This document shows, piece after piece, positions 12,431-24,560 of a stretch of DNA of 64,000 nt. The notes beneath the pieces were generated by a model. It saw nothing but the letters and a program-made list of their open reading frames with translations, did not search any database and was not told where the DNA came from. The DNA comes from Squalus acanthias (taxonomy: Eukaryota): the NCBI GenBank assembly GCA_030390025.1, contig CM059432.1, positions 71,054,001 to 71,118,000 on the forward strand, written 5' to 3'. Within the stretch, counting starts at the first letter, position 1. The number at the start of each line of letters is the position of its first letter. The translations under genes were made by a program, and so were the position numbers.

Positions 12431-13537
12431 TATACATCTATGAGTCATGAAATTTAAGAGCCATTGTAACTTTCAAAGCCAGTTTCTTTGTGTAAATAGA
12501 GGAATTTGGTTAAAGGTCACTGCATCATGTGGCACAAGTCAGTCACAGCCTCCCTTGTGAATCACAGATCAACGATTTAGCGAGTTAAGAAGCAAGTTTC
12601 CAAACAGCAAATTCAAAAACTGTACATTAAAAATATTTAAAAATTTTTTGGCTGGCACAGCCAGCCCACTTATATTGCAGCAAGGTGCTCTCTCCTCCTG
12701 ACCCCCATTGAAGCAACTACCCCAGTTGTGATGAGAGTGGTGTCAGTGCCTGTATGCTGTTGCCCCTGACCCGAGGAATTCAGATAGGGGCTAAAGAAGC
12801 CATAAGATCATTTTTCTTGGGTGGATCCCCCTCAGACTGGCAGAGCATGGCTGATTTTGTGGCCTGTGGGGGGTAGGCGGGCAGTTGAGAAGCACTCATA
12901 GTAACACAGGCACCTGCTTGTGTATGCAAATGACAGTACTGCCCTCTGACTCCATATACTCTAGGGAGGTTTGGCAGTGGACATCCCCGGTGTAATTACC
13001 AGAATCGCGCCTTGTAGATGTTCAGGGCCATAACTGATAAGTTAAGATCATTGGCTGCGAATTTTGGGGGTGTAGCGCTGGCCATTAAGGCCGGGTTTGC
13101 TGAAAAATGGCGGCCTCCTCGCTTCCAGAGCAGAACACGGAGGCTGCCATTTTGGAGAGGTTGTTAGCACTGCTGTTGACTGCGCTCATCTCTCACATGT
13201 AAATATGCAGATCATGATGTCAATTGGCATGCAATGCCTGAATTGACGCACAACTGTGATTTTGGACATTGCCACTCTGGATACCGCCCTCTCCAAACCA
13301 TACATGGAAGTACGTGCGTGCAACAGTATTACAGAGATGCTGCCTTCGCTTCTTAAAGGGGGACACACATCTTTCAGGTATGTTTTGGTTTTAGCTTTTG
13401 GACTTTTTTTTACATTTTATTGAAGTAGTGGCTTGGTGAAATAGAGTTAAAAAGTTTTTAAAGTGTGCAGGGAGTGCTGGGAGTGCTGCTGGATGCTTGC
13501 AAGGCTTCGGATGGTAAAGGAAGGCCTCTGAGAAGAC

Positions 13538-13684
13538 AGAAAATGCTGGAAATATTCAGCAGGTCAGGCAGCATCCGTGGAGAGAGAAACAGAGTTAATG
13601 CCTCAGGTCGAGTTTTTGCCAGACCTGCTGAGTATTTCCAGCATTTTCTGCTTTTATTTCAGATTCCCAGCAACCGCAGTATTT
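13538..13684. mobile_element. Short inverted Penelope-type terminal fragment (family P2)
   Basis: Inverted arms CAGAAAATGCTGGAAATATTCAGCAGGTC / GACCTGCTGAGTATTTCCAGCATTTTCTG, flanked by a 15-bp direct repeat GGCCTCTGAGAAGAC (13523 and 13685). Confidence 0.65.
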
Positions 13685-13886
13685 GGCCTCTGAGAAGACC
13701 ACTTGCTCACAGTCCTGGGGGGCACATGGAGATGAAGCAGAGGCAGCAATGGGGACAAGCTGCTCGCAGAGGGAAGAGGAGGAAGCAGAAGAGGAGGAAG
13801 CAGAAGGAAGGAGGCAACCCAGACAGCCCGTTTCTGGCCGGGAGCAGAGGCAGCAAAAGGAGACAAGCTGCTCGCAGAGGGATAAG

Positions 13887-14183
13887 GAAGAAGCAGAAGA
13901 GGAGGAAACAGAAGAGGAAGAAGCAGAAGAGGAGGAAGCAGAAGAGGAGGAAACAGAAGAGGAAGAAACAGAAGAGGAGGAAACAGAAGAGGAGGAAACA
14001 GAAGAGGAGGAAACAGAAGAGGAAGAAACAGAAGAGGAGGAAACAGAAGAGGAAGAAGCAGAAGAGGAGGAAGCAGAAGAGGAGGAAACAGAAGAGGAGG
14101 AAACAGAAGAGGAGGAAACAGAAGAGGAAGAAACAGAAGAGGAGGAAACAGAAGAGGAGGAAACAGAAGAGGAGGAAACAGAA
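13887..14183 (+). repeat. 15-bp purine-rich minisatellite (GAAGAGGARGAARCA), about 20 copies
   Basis: Read directly; it translates as (EEEET/A)n, the expanded acidic tail of the H3 transposase. Confidence 0.95.
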
Positions 14184-14541
14184 GGAAAGAGGCAACTCAG
14201 ACAGCCCCTTTCTGGTCGGGATATCAGGGATCGAATCATCCGCCTGCGGTACCAGTGAACACAACCCTAATTCCCCTTTCAACATTAGTTCCACACCTTA
14301 CCTTTCCTCTGTTACTGACCATCACAGCGTCCTCTTGACCACAATACTGAAATAAAAGCAAACTTTCCAATCTAACTTTATCCATATATGCATCCAATAT
14401 TACATCAAAAAATCAACTAATCACCCTTGTGCATTCCCTTAGTGAGTGTCTTGGGTGTGTCTTTGCCTATCCTAGTGATGTCACACAGTGCTACACCAGT
14501 GGCTGCAGCATGGCTGGTGGAAGGCTGCTGACTTTCAGTGA

Positions 14542-14626
14542 CACTTCACCTGACGAAGGAGCAGCGCTCCGAAAGCTTGTGATTTCAAATAAAGCTGTTG
14601 GACTATAACCTGGTGTTGTGCGACTT
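14542..14626 (+). mobile_element. Penelope terminal-repeat fragment (family P1)
   Basis: Matches the 3' end of the GIY-YIG element at 59806-59890 and is flanked by direct repeat CTGACTTTCAGTGA (14528 and 14627). Confidence 0.85.
14546..14582 (+). ncRNA. Minimal type I hammerhead ribozyme
   Basis: TCAC-CTGACGA-A-GGAGC-AGC-GCTCC-GAAAGCTT-GTGA: catalytic core, stem II, palindromic stem III and stem I are all present. Confidence 0.75.
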
Positions 14627-15776
14627 CTGACTTTCAGTGAGGGAGACTGCAGATGGCCTTGCAGGACGACCTCAAGGAGCTGGTGGCTGGGAGTGTCAAA
14701 TCAAGTGACGGTGTTTCTTCTTCTTCATCACTCTCCTCTCCCTCTTCTTGGTCAACCACTGGCTGGGCAGGCTGGATCTCTTGGGTGTCTGAAATGAGGA
14801 AGGCACAAGGGTAGGGTTGTGGTGAGGGGAGGGCGGGAAGGCAAGAGTTGCATGCTTACACCATGTGCAGCTTGTACATCAAAAGAGATTGTGGGATGAG
14901 GGGGAAGTGGAATGTGGGAAGGAGGATAACATATGAGGATACCGGCATCTTGTAATCTTTCAGCCCTGCCACTGACCAAGGGCTCAGCCATACTCCTGCC
15001 ATGAATGGCCAGCGCAGTCTCCTCCAAGGGGGTGAGGTGAGGCTAGGAATGGGAGGTGTGCCTCATGTTTGGTAGAGATTGTTGGTAGGTGAGTGATGGG
15101 GGGGGGGGTTCGTGCATTGACCAGTGTGTGAGGCTAGTGGTGCAGTTGGTAGGAGCCAGCATTGGAAGATGCATGCACTGACCTTGACCACTGGTGTGAG
15201 GTCATTAAACCTCTTTGGGCACTGGAGCCAGTTCCTAGGGGTGACACTGTCTCAGTGATCTGGTCCCACATCCTTCTTTCTGGAGGGCCTCCTGTCCCTC
15301 TGTGGGTGGAGGACCTCTCGTCCAGCGTTGACCCCCTGCACAAAGCTGGAGTGCTACATTGGAGACCCTGGGTACCCTTTCCCTGGCTTGTTGAGCCATT
15401 TGTGTTAGTGCTGAAGCACTTTTACCATTTTGTATGTGCAGATGTTTAGCTTTAAGAGCTGCAGACTGCCGAGTTTGGAATGATTTTTAATTTTTTTTTG
15501 CAGAAGGCAGTTCACCTTTAAGAGCTAGAGACTGTCTTGGTAACTAACATCCTAGCTTTAACGAAACACAGCGTTACTCCAGCGCTGTGACCTTAGGCTT
15601 CCTGCTGAGTGCACAGCCTGTCAGCAGTGCGATAGTTGCTAGGCTGTGCGCTAAAATCATTTAAATTAGCAGGCAGCACCAAATTGACGTGCTGCCTGCA
15701 CTTTCTAAACGGGCACGAGCAAATCTCGCATCACGGTACCTGAGCCCGTTTTGAATTTCCCGGCTGTAGAAGCCAA

Positions 15777-16127
15777 GGCCTAGAAATTTGCGTACTTACC
15801 GCTAAGGCCTGTTTCTTGAAAAAAAATGTCGGCCGCATCGCTTCCGCCAGCCTCTGGTGCGGGTCTCTGCGGCCACCATTTTGGTGAGGACCATAGCATG
15901 CCGTTAGCAGCGCTGGCCCTAGAAATGCAAACAGCAGAGTGTGATGTCAGTCATCGTGCAACATTGACTTGACGCCATGCTCTGCAAACTTGGACCTTTG
16001 TGCTGCCTTAAACACTGGGTCCTTGCTCAGAAAAGTGAGTGTACAGCAGACCTACAGAGACGCTGTCAGCGCTACATAAAGGGACACACACATCTTTCAG
16101 GTAAGTTTGCATTTAAGCTTTTGGACT
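15777..16127 (+). mobile_element. Harbinger left-end fragment (related to the H3 left end), interrupted by H4
   Basis: Terminus GGCCTAGAAATTTG; shares AAAGGGACACACACATCTTTCAGGTA...GCTTTTGGACT with 13356-13403. Confidence 0.65.
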
Positions 16128-16615
16128 GGGGGAAAAATTCGGTTGCTTAGCGCCTCCCGTTAGTGCCTCCGGGGAGCGCTAACGGGGCACTAGGAACTTA
16201 GCGCCTGAGCGAGGTGATTTTAGCGCCGCTCGTGAAATTGACCAGACGTTTTGCGGCGGCGTTAAACACTACCACCATGACCTCATGCGCCCGCAGATCG
16301 TGACGTCAGTCGAGCGTGCAACGCCCCGGTAGTGCCCCGGACCGGATATTGAGTCGTGCCCCCTGCCTTTCCGCCTGCCCATAGCAATGATAGGTAGAGG
16401 GGAACGTTTAGCAGTCAGGAAGGGGCTGGGGGAGCGCTATTTAAAGGCGGCCGCTTCCTGCTTTTTCTTGTCGGTGAAATCTTTGCACCACGCATGCTGA
16501 GAGGGAGAGAGACTTCTGGAGAGATTCAATGCTGTGTGAAGGAGTTTTGGGTCCTGAGCAGCACTTTTCAGGTTCATTTTTATTTCACTTTTATTCCAGT
16601 GATTTAGAAGAGACT

Positions 16616-17768
16616 ATGGGGGCTGCACTGACTCGGGGCGTCGTCCTGCACCTGCAGAATCGGAGGCAGCAGAGGCGCAGAGAGAGAGTGGCAAACATGG
16701 CCAGAGGGAGGAGGGTCAACAGGCCTCTGCACAGGAGACCTTAGCCTCCGAGGGTATTCCGGGAGCAATTCTCCTACATTCATTTGTCTGAGGAGCAGTG
16801 TTTGCGCAGGCTGCGCTTCAGCAAGGAGGTGGTCACTGAGCTCTGCCACCTGCTGCAGCCAGATCTGCAGCCTCAACTGAGGACCAGGACGTCTCTGTCG
16901 ATGGCAGTGAAGATCACAGTGGCTCTGAATTTTTATGCCAGTGGCGCGTTTCAAGCATCAACTGGGGACATCGCCAATATCTCCCAGTTCGCGGTCCATT
17001 ATTGTATCCGGGAGGTGACAAATGCCCTGTATAAAAGGAGACGCCAGTACATCTCTTTCCCCATGACCCGGGGCAAGCAGCGCGAATGTGCATGTGGCTT
17101 TGCGAGGATAGCGGGCTTCCCCATGGTGCAGGGCGCCATTGGTTGCACGCATGTGGCATTGCGGGCACCGCATGAAAATGCAGAGGTATTCCGAAACCGC
17201 AAGGGCTACCACTCCTTAAATGTACAGTTGGTCTGTGACCACACACAGCTCATACTCGCCGTCAATGCCCGCTATCCTGGCAGCAGCCATGATACTTTTA
17301 TCCTGCGCCAGACTGCTGTGCCAGACCTTTTCCAGGCACCGCATCAGCCAAGTGGTTGGCTCCTCGGGGACAAAGGGTTGTCCACTCTGCACCTGGCTGA
17401 TGACACCACTCTGTAACCCCAACACCCCTGCCGAGCTGCGGTACAATGAGAGCCATATCGCCACCAGGAACATAATTGAGCAGACGATCGGCGTGCTGAA
17501 GCAATGGATCCGCTGTCTGGACCACTCAGGAGGAGCCCTACAGTACTCACCTGAGTGAGTCTCCCTTTTCATAGTTGTGTGCTGCATGCTTCACAACCTC
17601 GCGATCCTGAGGACCCAGCCAATGCCACCAGGGATTGGTGCACCACCTGAGGAGGAGGAGGAGGAGGTTGAGGAGGATGATCAGCAGCAGCACCAACGTG
17701 GGAGGGAGGTGCACAATGTTGCCAGTGCAAGGGCTGTCTGTGAACAGCTGATAAGAAGCCGCTTCTAG
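16616..17768 (+). pseudogene. HARBI1-like transposase of H4, disrupted
   Basis: ORFs 16529-16744, 16784-17416, 17220-17558 and 17577-17768. Premature stops at 16742 and 17556, a frameshift near 17380, and the first catalytic D changed to G (AIGCTH). Confidence 0.92.
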
Positions 17769-18080
17769 GCCCCGACTGAGAAGATGGCTTCAGGCATGGA
17801 GAACAACATCATGGAAGGCAACCCATACCCCCTATTGCCAGCCAAAGCTGGAATGATTCAAAAGACCATAAATGTAAATTTGGAATACAAAAACTTATTT
17901 ATTTTACGAACTCTGTGTGTATCATTTATTCAGGACAAACAATTAGAAACCAACACAACAAATCATGAACTAACAGAACTCGTTCTCACAAGATGGAGAT
18001 AAACGGCAAAACAGTAAATAAATGTAATCACACGAACCTTGACCTTTACCACAAACATTCCCACCATTTATTTAGACCTC

Positions 18081-19652
18081 CTACTGTTTGCCCTTCGAGG
18101 GTGATCTCCATCCCTTGCGCACTTCCCCCCTTCCCACCCTACTGCTCCTCCGTAATGGGGCCCCAGTGGCTGCAGCAAGGCTGGTGGAAGGCTGCTGAAT
18201 GTCAGATCCAGAGACTGCAGATGCCCTTGAAGGACGCAAGTGCAATGGGGAAGTGCCAGTGGTGGGAGCAGGAATGCTGTCATCCTGAGAGAGGACAGCA
18301 CCTTCCTGCTCGACTGACACACTTGCACTCCCACGGGGCAGTACCTCAGCATCCGGAGCAATCTGCTCGAGCACAGATTGCTGGCCTGCTGCGGCACCGT
18401 GAGAGCCCCGGGGCAATGTGGCCGAACCAGCGACGATGGCAGCAGTCAGTGCTTGCGTTACATCAATCTGAGACTGCATGAGAGCAGTCTGAGACTGGAT
18501 GGCACCCAGCCAGTGACTGAATTGCAGCACTAAGCCGTTGCGTTGCGTCGGCCTGTGCTGCAACGGACTGCTCCACACAATCCTAGCCAGTCCATCCATG
18601 CTTTCGGGCACCCTTGCCATTGCACCCATGAGCTCAGTGTACATGCTCAAGGCCTGGCTATTCATGGCTGCGATGGCGCGGTCCTCATCTGAGTCCTGTG
18701 CAGCAGGACTCGCTGGCCTACTCGCCCTCCGGGGAGATGGCCCCCGAGCTTCCCTACCCCCATGGTGTTGCTGCAGCCCGCTGGGTCCCGGAGCTTCGCC
18801 CTCATCAGACCCTTCCCCCCTGCTCCCCTCCAGGGAAGGCGTGGTCCCAGTGTCGGAATGGGCTCCCTCAGGAGACGCAGGCGGTGAGGCTCCGGCTTCC
18901 TCTTCCTCCTCATCTGGGGTGTCGCTGACACTGGTAGGTTGAGGGACAGGCTGGTCAGCTGGTGATTCACTATCTGAAAGCAGGAAGGTTCAAGAGTGGC
19001 TTTAGCATGAGGACAGGGGGCAGGAAGGGAGCAACAACCGGAGACAGTTAGTAAGTTGGATTGAAAGTGTAAAAGGCTGGTGTTGTGAGGGCAAGTGGTA
19101 TGAGAGAGGAGAGAAAGCTGATGAACATACCATTGCTGTCCCCAAGGGGGTCGACATCTCCAGCGGCCACGGCACCTATGACCTGGCTGGCAACGATCCT
19201 GTGCACTCTCGCCTCCAAATCGGTCAGGGGGTGTAGGTCAGCCGGTCCTCCTCCCGTGCATTGCTGCTCCCGCCTGTTATGAGATAGCTTGGCCTGCAAG
19301 AAAAAGGACGGCGTCTGAGTGAGTGTGCAGCCATGTGCTTGCCTGATTTGCCTCCCATAGTTGAATAGCCCTTAATGTATGCAGCCATGTGCTTGCCTGA
19401 TGTGCCTCCCATAGTTGAATAGCCCTTAATGTATGCAGTCATGTGCTAGTCTGATGTGCCCCCCCATAGTTGAATAGCCCTTAATGTATGCAAGGTGTGG
19501 AATGTGCGTGTGTGTTTTATGAGATGGCCATAGGTCTTGGATGAGTGTTGGGCATTTGGGATTTTTAAACCCTCTGGGCACAGAGTGAAGTTGAGATGGA
19601 GGGATGTAGAGGTATTGAAAAGCAGCTACTGACCCTGACCACCCGAGTGAGG
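18081..19652 (-). pseudogene. Myb/SANT-like gene of H4 (exon 1 mostly deleted)
   Basis: Exon 2 reads AKLSHNRREQQCTGGGP; exon 3 is homologous to 5592-6571 with frameshifts. Confidence 0.85.
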
Positions 19653-20074
19653 TCGCATGCACTTGTTGCTTTCCCGTCCTCCCCTCACCACATCTCCACC
19701 CTTGTGCCTTCCTCAATTCACGCACCCAAGAAATGCAGCCTATACAGCAGTGGTTGACTAAGAAGATGGAGAGGAGAGTGAAGAAGAAGATACACCGTCA
19801 CTCGATTTCACACTCCCAGCCACCAGCACACATTCTGTTCAGTATTAAATGTAGTTTAGAGGAAACTGTATTTTTCAGCTCCCACTCGCTGTAGTAAAAG
19901 AATCACAAACAAAGGATTTAAAATACATATTACAAAGTGATTATGACTAAAGAGCATTCCATGGGAATGCTCCACCTATAAAATGAAAGTTCTGAATCTC
20001 ATTAAAGTTTTGAAATTATTGTGAAATGCCACATCAATAATCTATTCTATACAAGAGAAATAAAAAAGCATATT

Positions 20075-20143
20075 GACCCGTAATTTGTGGCCAGCAGCGA
20101 ACGCTGACAGTTCGCTGTCATTACCCACTGCAAAATCCGGGCT
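20075..20143. mobile_element. 69-bp mini-MITE
   Basis: Imperfect TIR GACCCGTAATTTG / CAAAATCCGGGCT with ATT on both flanks and an internal hairpin CAGCGAAC..GTTCGCTG. Confidence 0.45.
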
Positions 20144-20317
20144 ATTATGTTTTCCTAAGAACACGAAGTGAAGGGTCAAGGCCCATAATGCAGAATATCA
20201 CCAAGGCTGAAAAACAAAGAAGTAGTGGCCATCTTAGATTTTGAAAGCCTGTGGATTTTAAGAGGAAAGAAAGACTGAGTGGTAAGGAGTTCGCAGTATT
20301 ACGATTTTGGAAAGAGT

Positions 20318-21082
20318 GGGCCAGAAATTCGGTTTTCCCGGCTTCCTGCGGGTGCAAGCATCGCGCGCGTACTTACCTACCGCGCCTGCCGTTGTGTTTT
20401 GGGCCCACGAGAACTTCGGGTCCTGGGCCTCCTCCAGCTGCTTGCTTGCTTGCTTGCGTGTCCCAGGGGCGCAGTTAGTTTGAAGCGTCCCCTGGGATCA
20501 TGTGGGCCATGGAGAGCCAATCCTAGCAGGGCATTTTCATTCATAGATTTGACAGGAAGACCTGTCAAATCTATGAATTGAAATCGGCCCCAAAACAACA
20601 CCTAAACTTCAAATAAATTAAAAAAAAAAATCACATTTTTAAAATAACTATAAGTTAAATAAATTAACTACTTTAAACAAAAATTTAAATTTTTGAAAAA
20701 ATTTAAATACTTTTTAACGGTGCTAAAAATAAACTTACCTTTCTTTAAAGTATCTAAAAAAGATAAACCTGTTGAAAATTTTTTTTAAACTGTAATTAAT
20801 TAACCACTTACCTTGTTAAAAACGGGTCTTGCGCCTCCTTTTTAAAAGCGCAGCTTCTTCCATACTTACCTTCCCGGAGAAACCTGAAAAAAAACCCGAA
20901 GTTCGCTGCGTGCGCGCAGCCTCTCTCACGCATGCGGTTCACCTCTGAATCCCTCCCTTCACGAGACCGGAAGTTCTGGTTTCCCGCGCATGCACAGTGC
21001 ATGCAGGAAACCGACACTTCAAGTGGCCTTATGGGTGAGTACACAGCGCGTACTCACCCGACAAGCGCCGAATTTATGGGCC
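20318..21082. mobile_element. Harbinger-type MITE, family M2, CpG-rich, inserted in a CR1 3' fragment
   Basis: TIR GGGCCAGAAATTCGG / CCGAATTTATGGGCC with TSD AGT. The CR1 (SRTRGH...RRNF) resumes at 21083 and runs to about 21400. Confidence 0.88.
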
Positions 21083-21859
21083 AGTGATTCAAGAACTAGA
21101 GGCCATAGAAACAAGATTAAATGTAAGACATTTAGAACAGAGGGCAGGAGAAACTTCCTGGGACAGAGAGTTTTGCGGTTGTGGGATTCACTTCCACGGT
21201 TAGAGATTGAGGCAGAAACTGTATCAAGATTCAAGGTTAGATTGGATAGTTGAATGAAGGAAAAGGGGATGAAGGGATATAGGATCAAGGTGGGTATATG
21301 TGAGTAGGACTATTTGCTTGCATGAAGGTTAAACACTGATGCGGACTTGTTGGGTTTAATGGCTTCTTTCCTTGTTGTTAGTTCCATATATTTCTATGTG
21401 TTAGTTCCAGATATTTTTATTTCAACACAGTAAGGATGCAGGAGGAGACTGTAGGATGGAATATTTGAAGCTTTGGAGGAACAAGGAGACAATGGCCATG
21501 GCCATGTTTAGTCATTATGGGTAATACCAATAGACTATTGACTGACATGTGTTTTGGGGAATAAGGATGGATTGTAGTCATTTACCCAGGTCTCATAACT
21601 ACAAAACATTTCAGTTAATTATGTTTTCTAACATATATTCAATAGTTCCAGTGGAGTAACTGAACACCAATTGTTGGGTGTTACTTTGTTTAGCAGCTTT
21701 TTTCAGTATTTTAGGGCAGGAACTCATATTTCTTGAGGTTATTTTGTCAAATGCAATTCATATTTGTACTTCCTTGTTTTGCAAAAATGTTGATGTGAAA
21801 GTCATTTTGCCTGGGCCAGATTGAATTTATGCATTATCCTATGCTCCTATTGCTAGTTT

Positions 21860-23500
21860 ATTTTAAATTCATTCACGGGATGTGGGCGTCGCTGGCAAGG
21901 CCAGCATTTATTGCCCGTTCCTAATTGCCCTTGAGAAGGTGGTTAGCCTTCTTGAACTGCTGCAGTCCATGTGGTGAAGGTACCCCCACAGTGCTGTTAG
22001 GGAGGGAGTTGTAGGATTTTAGCCCAGTAACTATGAAGGAACAGGGATATATTTCCAAGTCAGGATGGTGTGTGACTTGGAGGGGAACTTGCAGGTGACG
22101 TGTTCCCATACACCTGGTCCTTCTAGGTGGTAGACCTCGTGGGTTTGGGAGGTGCTGTCGAAGAAGCCTTGGTGAGTTGCTATAGTGCATCTTGTAGATG
22201 GTACACACTGCAGCCACGGTGAGCCGATGGAAGAGGGAGTGAGCGCTTAAGGGTGGATGGGGGTGCCAATCAAGTGGGTTGCTTTGTCCTGGATGATGTC
22301 GAGCTTCTTGAGTATTGTAGGAGCTACACTCATCCAGGCAAGTGGAGAGTATTCCATCACACCCCTGACTTGTGGATGGTGGAAAGGCTTTGGGGAGTCA
22401 GGAGGTGAGACACTCACCGCAGAATGCCCAGCCTCTGACCTGCTCTTGTTGCCACAGTATTTATGTGGCTCGTCCTGTTAAGTTTCTGGTCAATGGTGAC
22501 CCCCAGGATATTGATGGTGGGGGATTTGGCGATGGTAATGCCGTTGAATGTCAATGGGCGGTGCTTAGACTCTCTCTTGTTGGAGATGGTCATTGCCTGG
22601 CACTTGTGTGGCGTGAATGTTACTTGCAACTTATCAGTCCAAGCCTGAATGTCGTTCAGGTCTTGCTGCAGGTGGGCATGGACTGCTTCATTATCTGAGG
22701 ATTTGCAAATGGAACTGAACACTGCAATCATCAGCGAACATCCCCACTTCTGACCCTATGATGGAGGGAAGGTCATTGATGAAGCAATTGAAGATGATTG
22801 GGTCAAGGATACTGCCCTGAGGAAATCCTGCAGTGATTGGATTTGTCTTGCTTTTTGTGGACAGGACATACCTGGGCAATTTTCCACATTGTCAGGTAGA
22901 TGCCAGTGTTATAGCTGTACTGGAATAGCTTGGCTAGAGGTGCGGTTAATTCTGGAGCTCAAGTCTTCAGCTGAGATTTTGTCAGGACCTTTGCTGTATC
23001 CAGTGCGTTCAGCCATTTCTTGATATCACGTGGAGTGAATCAAATTGGCCTCTATGATGGTGGGGACCTCAGGAGGAGGCCAAGATGGATCATCTACTCT
23101 GCACTTCTGGCTGAAGATAGTTGCAAACGCTTCAGCCTTGCCTTTTGCACTCACGTTTAACCTGATGCCATGAGACTTCATGGGGTCCGGAGTCAATGTT
23201 GAGGGCTCCCAGGGACACTCCCTCCCAACTGTATACCACAGTGCTGCCACCTCTGGTGGGTCTGTCCTGCCTGTGGGACAGGACGTATCCAGGGATGGTG
23301 ATGGAGGAGCCTGGGACATTGGCTGAAACATATGAATCTGTGAATATGACTATGTCAGGCTAGTCTTTGGGACAGCTTGACTAGTCTGTGGGATAGCTCT
23401 CCCAATTTTGACACAAGTCTCCAGATGTTAGTGAAGAGGACTTTTCAGGGTCGACTGGGCTGGGTGTGCCTGCGTCGTGTCTGGTGCTTAGGTCGATGGC
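21860..23500 (-). mobile_element. CR1-like LINE family 2, with multiple internal deletions
   Basis: Motifs MFADDC, QAMTISNKRES, INILGVTIDQKL and YKMH...HLLKGN; 3' tail CTTCTCAAGGGCAATTAGG. Confidence 0.85.
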
Positions 23501-24067
23501 AGATAAAGGAATAATCTAGTCGTATTGATACTAACTTTTTAATTCCAGATTTATTTAATTAATTGAATTTAAATTCCCCAGCTGGTGGGTTTTGAACTCA
23601 CGTTTCCGGATTATTAGTCCAGGCCTCTGGATTACTAGTCCAGTAACATAACCACTATGCTATTGTATCTGTAATGAGAATGCTTGAAACATGTCACATT
23701 ATGGGGTAGATTTTTGTCTTACCAGGTGGGCATTAAACATCACCTTGTCCAAGTGCAAAGTGGCAATTCAAAGCTGGAGGATTTCACACTGGAAACAGAA
23801 CCCGCTGGATTTTTTTTCCTATTTAAATTAATGGGAAGAAGATCTGGCAGGTGTGCATTCCTTCCCAACCGGATTTCCTATCTGTGCCCCGTCAAGGTTA
23901 ATGCCCAGGCAGCAAAGAAACTCTCAGACAATGTTTCTGATACTCATAAAAGAAATGAATATTGCATTGCTGTGTACATTCGTTTGTTTGTTAGATGTCA
24001 CATATACTAAGAGTGGTTTATACATACTTTTTTGACATATTGGTCTCCGTAGCGGTACAACAAAAGT

Positions 24068-24560
24068 TCACTATTGATTCTTGGGATGAGAGGGTTGTCC
24101 TATGAGGAGAGATTGAGTAGACTGGGCCTATACTCTCTGGAATTTAGAAGAATGAGAAGTGATCTCAATGAAACAGATAAGATTCCGAGGGGGATTGACA
24201 GGGTAGATGGCTGGAGAGTCTAGAACTAGGGGGCATCGTCTCAGGGTAAGGAGTTGGCCATTTAAGATCGAGATGAGGAGAAATTTCTTCACTCAGAGGG
24301 TTGTGACTCTTTGGAATTCTCTACTTCAAAGGGCTGTGGATGCTGAATCGTTGAATATATTCAAGGCTGTGATAGATAAATTTTTGGACTCTAGGGGAAT
24401 CAAGGGATATGGAAATCGGGCAGGAATCAAGGGATATGGAGATCGGGCAGGAAAGTGGAGTTGAGGTTGAAGATCAGCCATGATCTTATTGAATGGCGGA
24501 GCAGGCTTGAGGGGCCATATGGCCTACTCCTGCTCCTAATTCTTATGTTCTTATATTCTT
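24068..24560 (+). mobile_element. CR1 3' fragment
   Basis: ESRTRGH...RRNFFTQRVV followed by a (TTCTTATG)-type tail; there is an internal 27-bp tandem duplication at about 24397-24450. Confidence 0.9.

Larger units (their letters stand above)
13052..15765. mobile_element. Internally deleted Harbinger H3
   Basis: Degenerate termini TGGCTGCGAATTTT and GAATTTCCCGGCT. The transposase N-terminus (QRQQWGQAARRG) is fused to its C-terminus (RDIRDRIIRLRYQ*). A Myb exon-1 relic lies on - at about 15180-15400. Confidence 0.7.
16128..19652. mobile_element. PIF/Harbinger transposon H4, an inverted paralog of H2 with the Myb-side end lost
   Basis: TIR GGGGGAAAAATTCGG at 16128; transposase on +, Myb on -; the same intronic 54-bp repeat occurs at about 19325-19490. 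Confidence 0.9.

Noticed and set aside
13465..14355. Long Lys/Arg-, Glu-, Ser- or Phe/Leu/Cys-rich ORFs in several frames
   Set aside because: They are by-products of the stop-free 15-bp minisatellite.
20863..20880. U1 snRNA gene (ATACTTACCT)
   Set aside because: Only the first 10 nt match and no U1 body follows; it is better read as an antisense splice donor.
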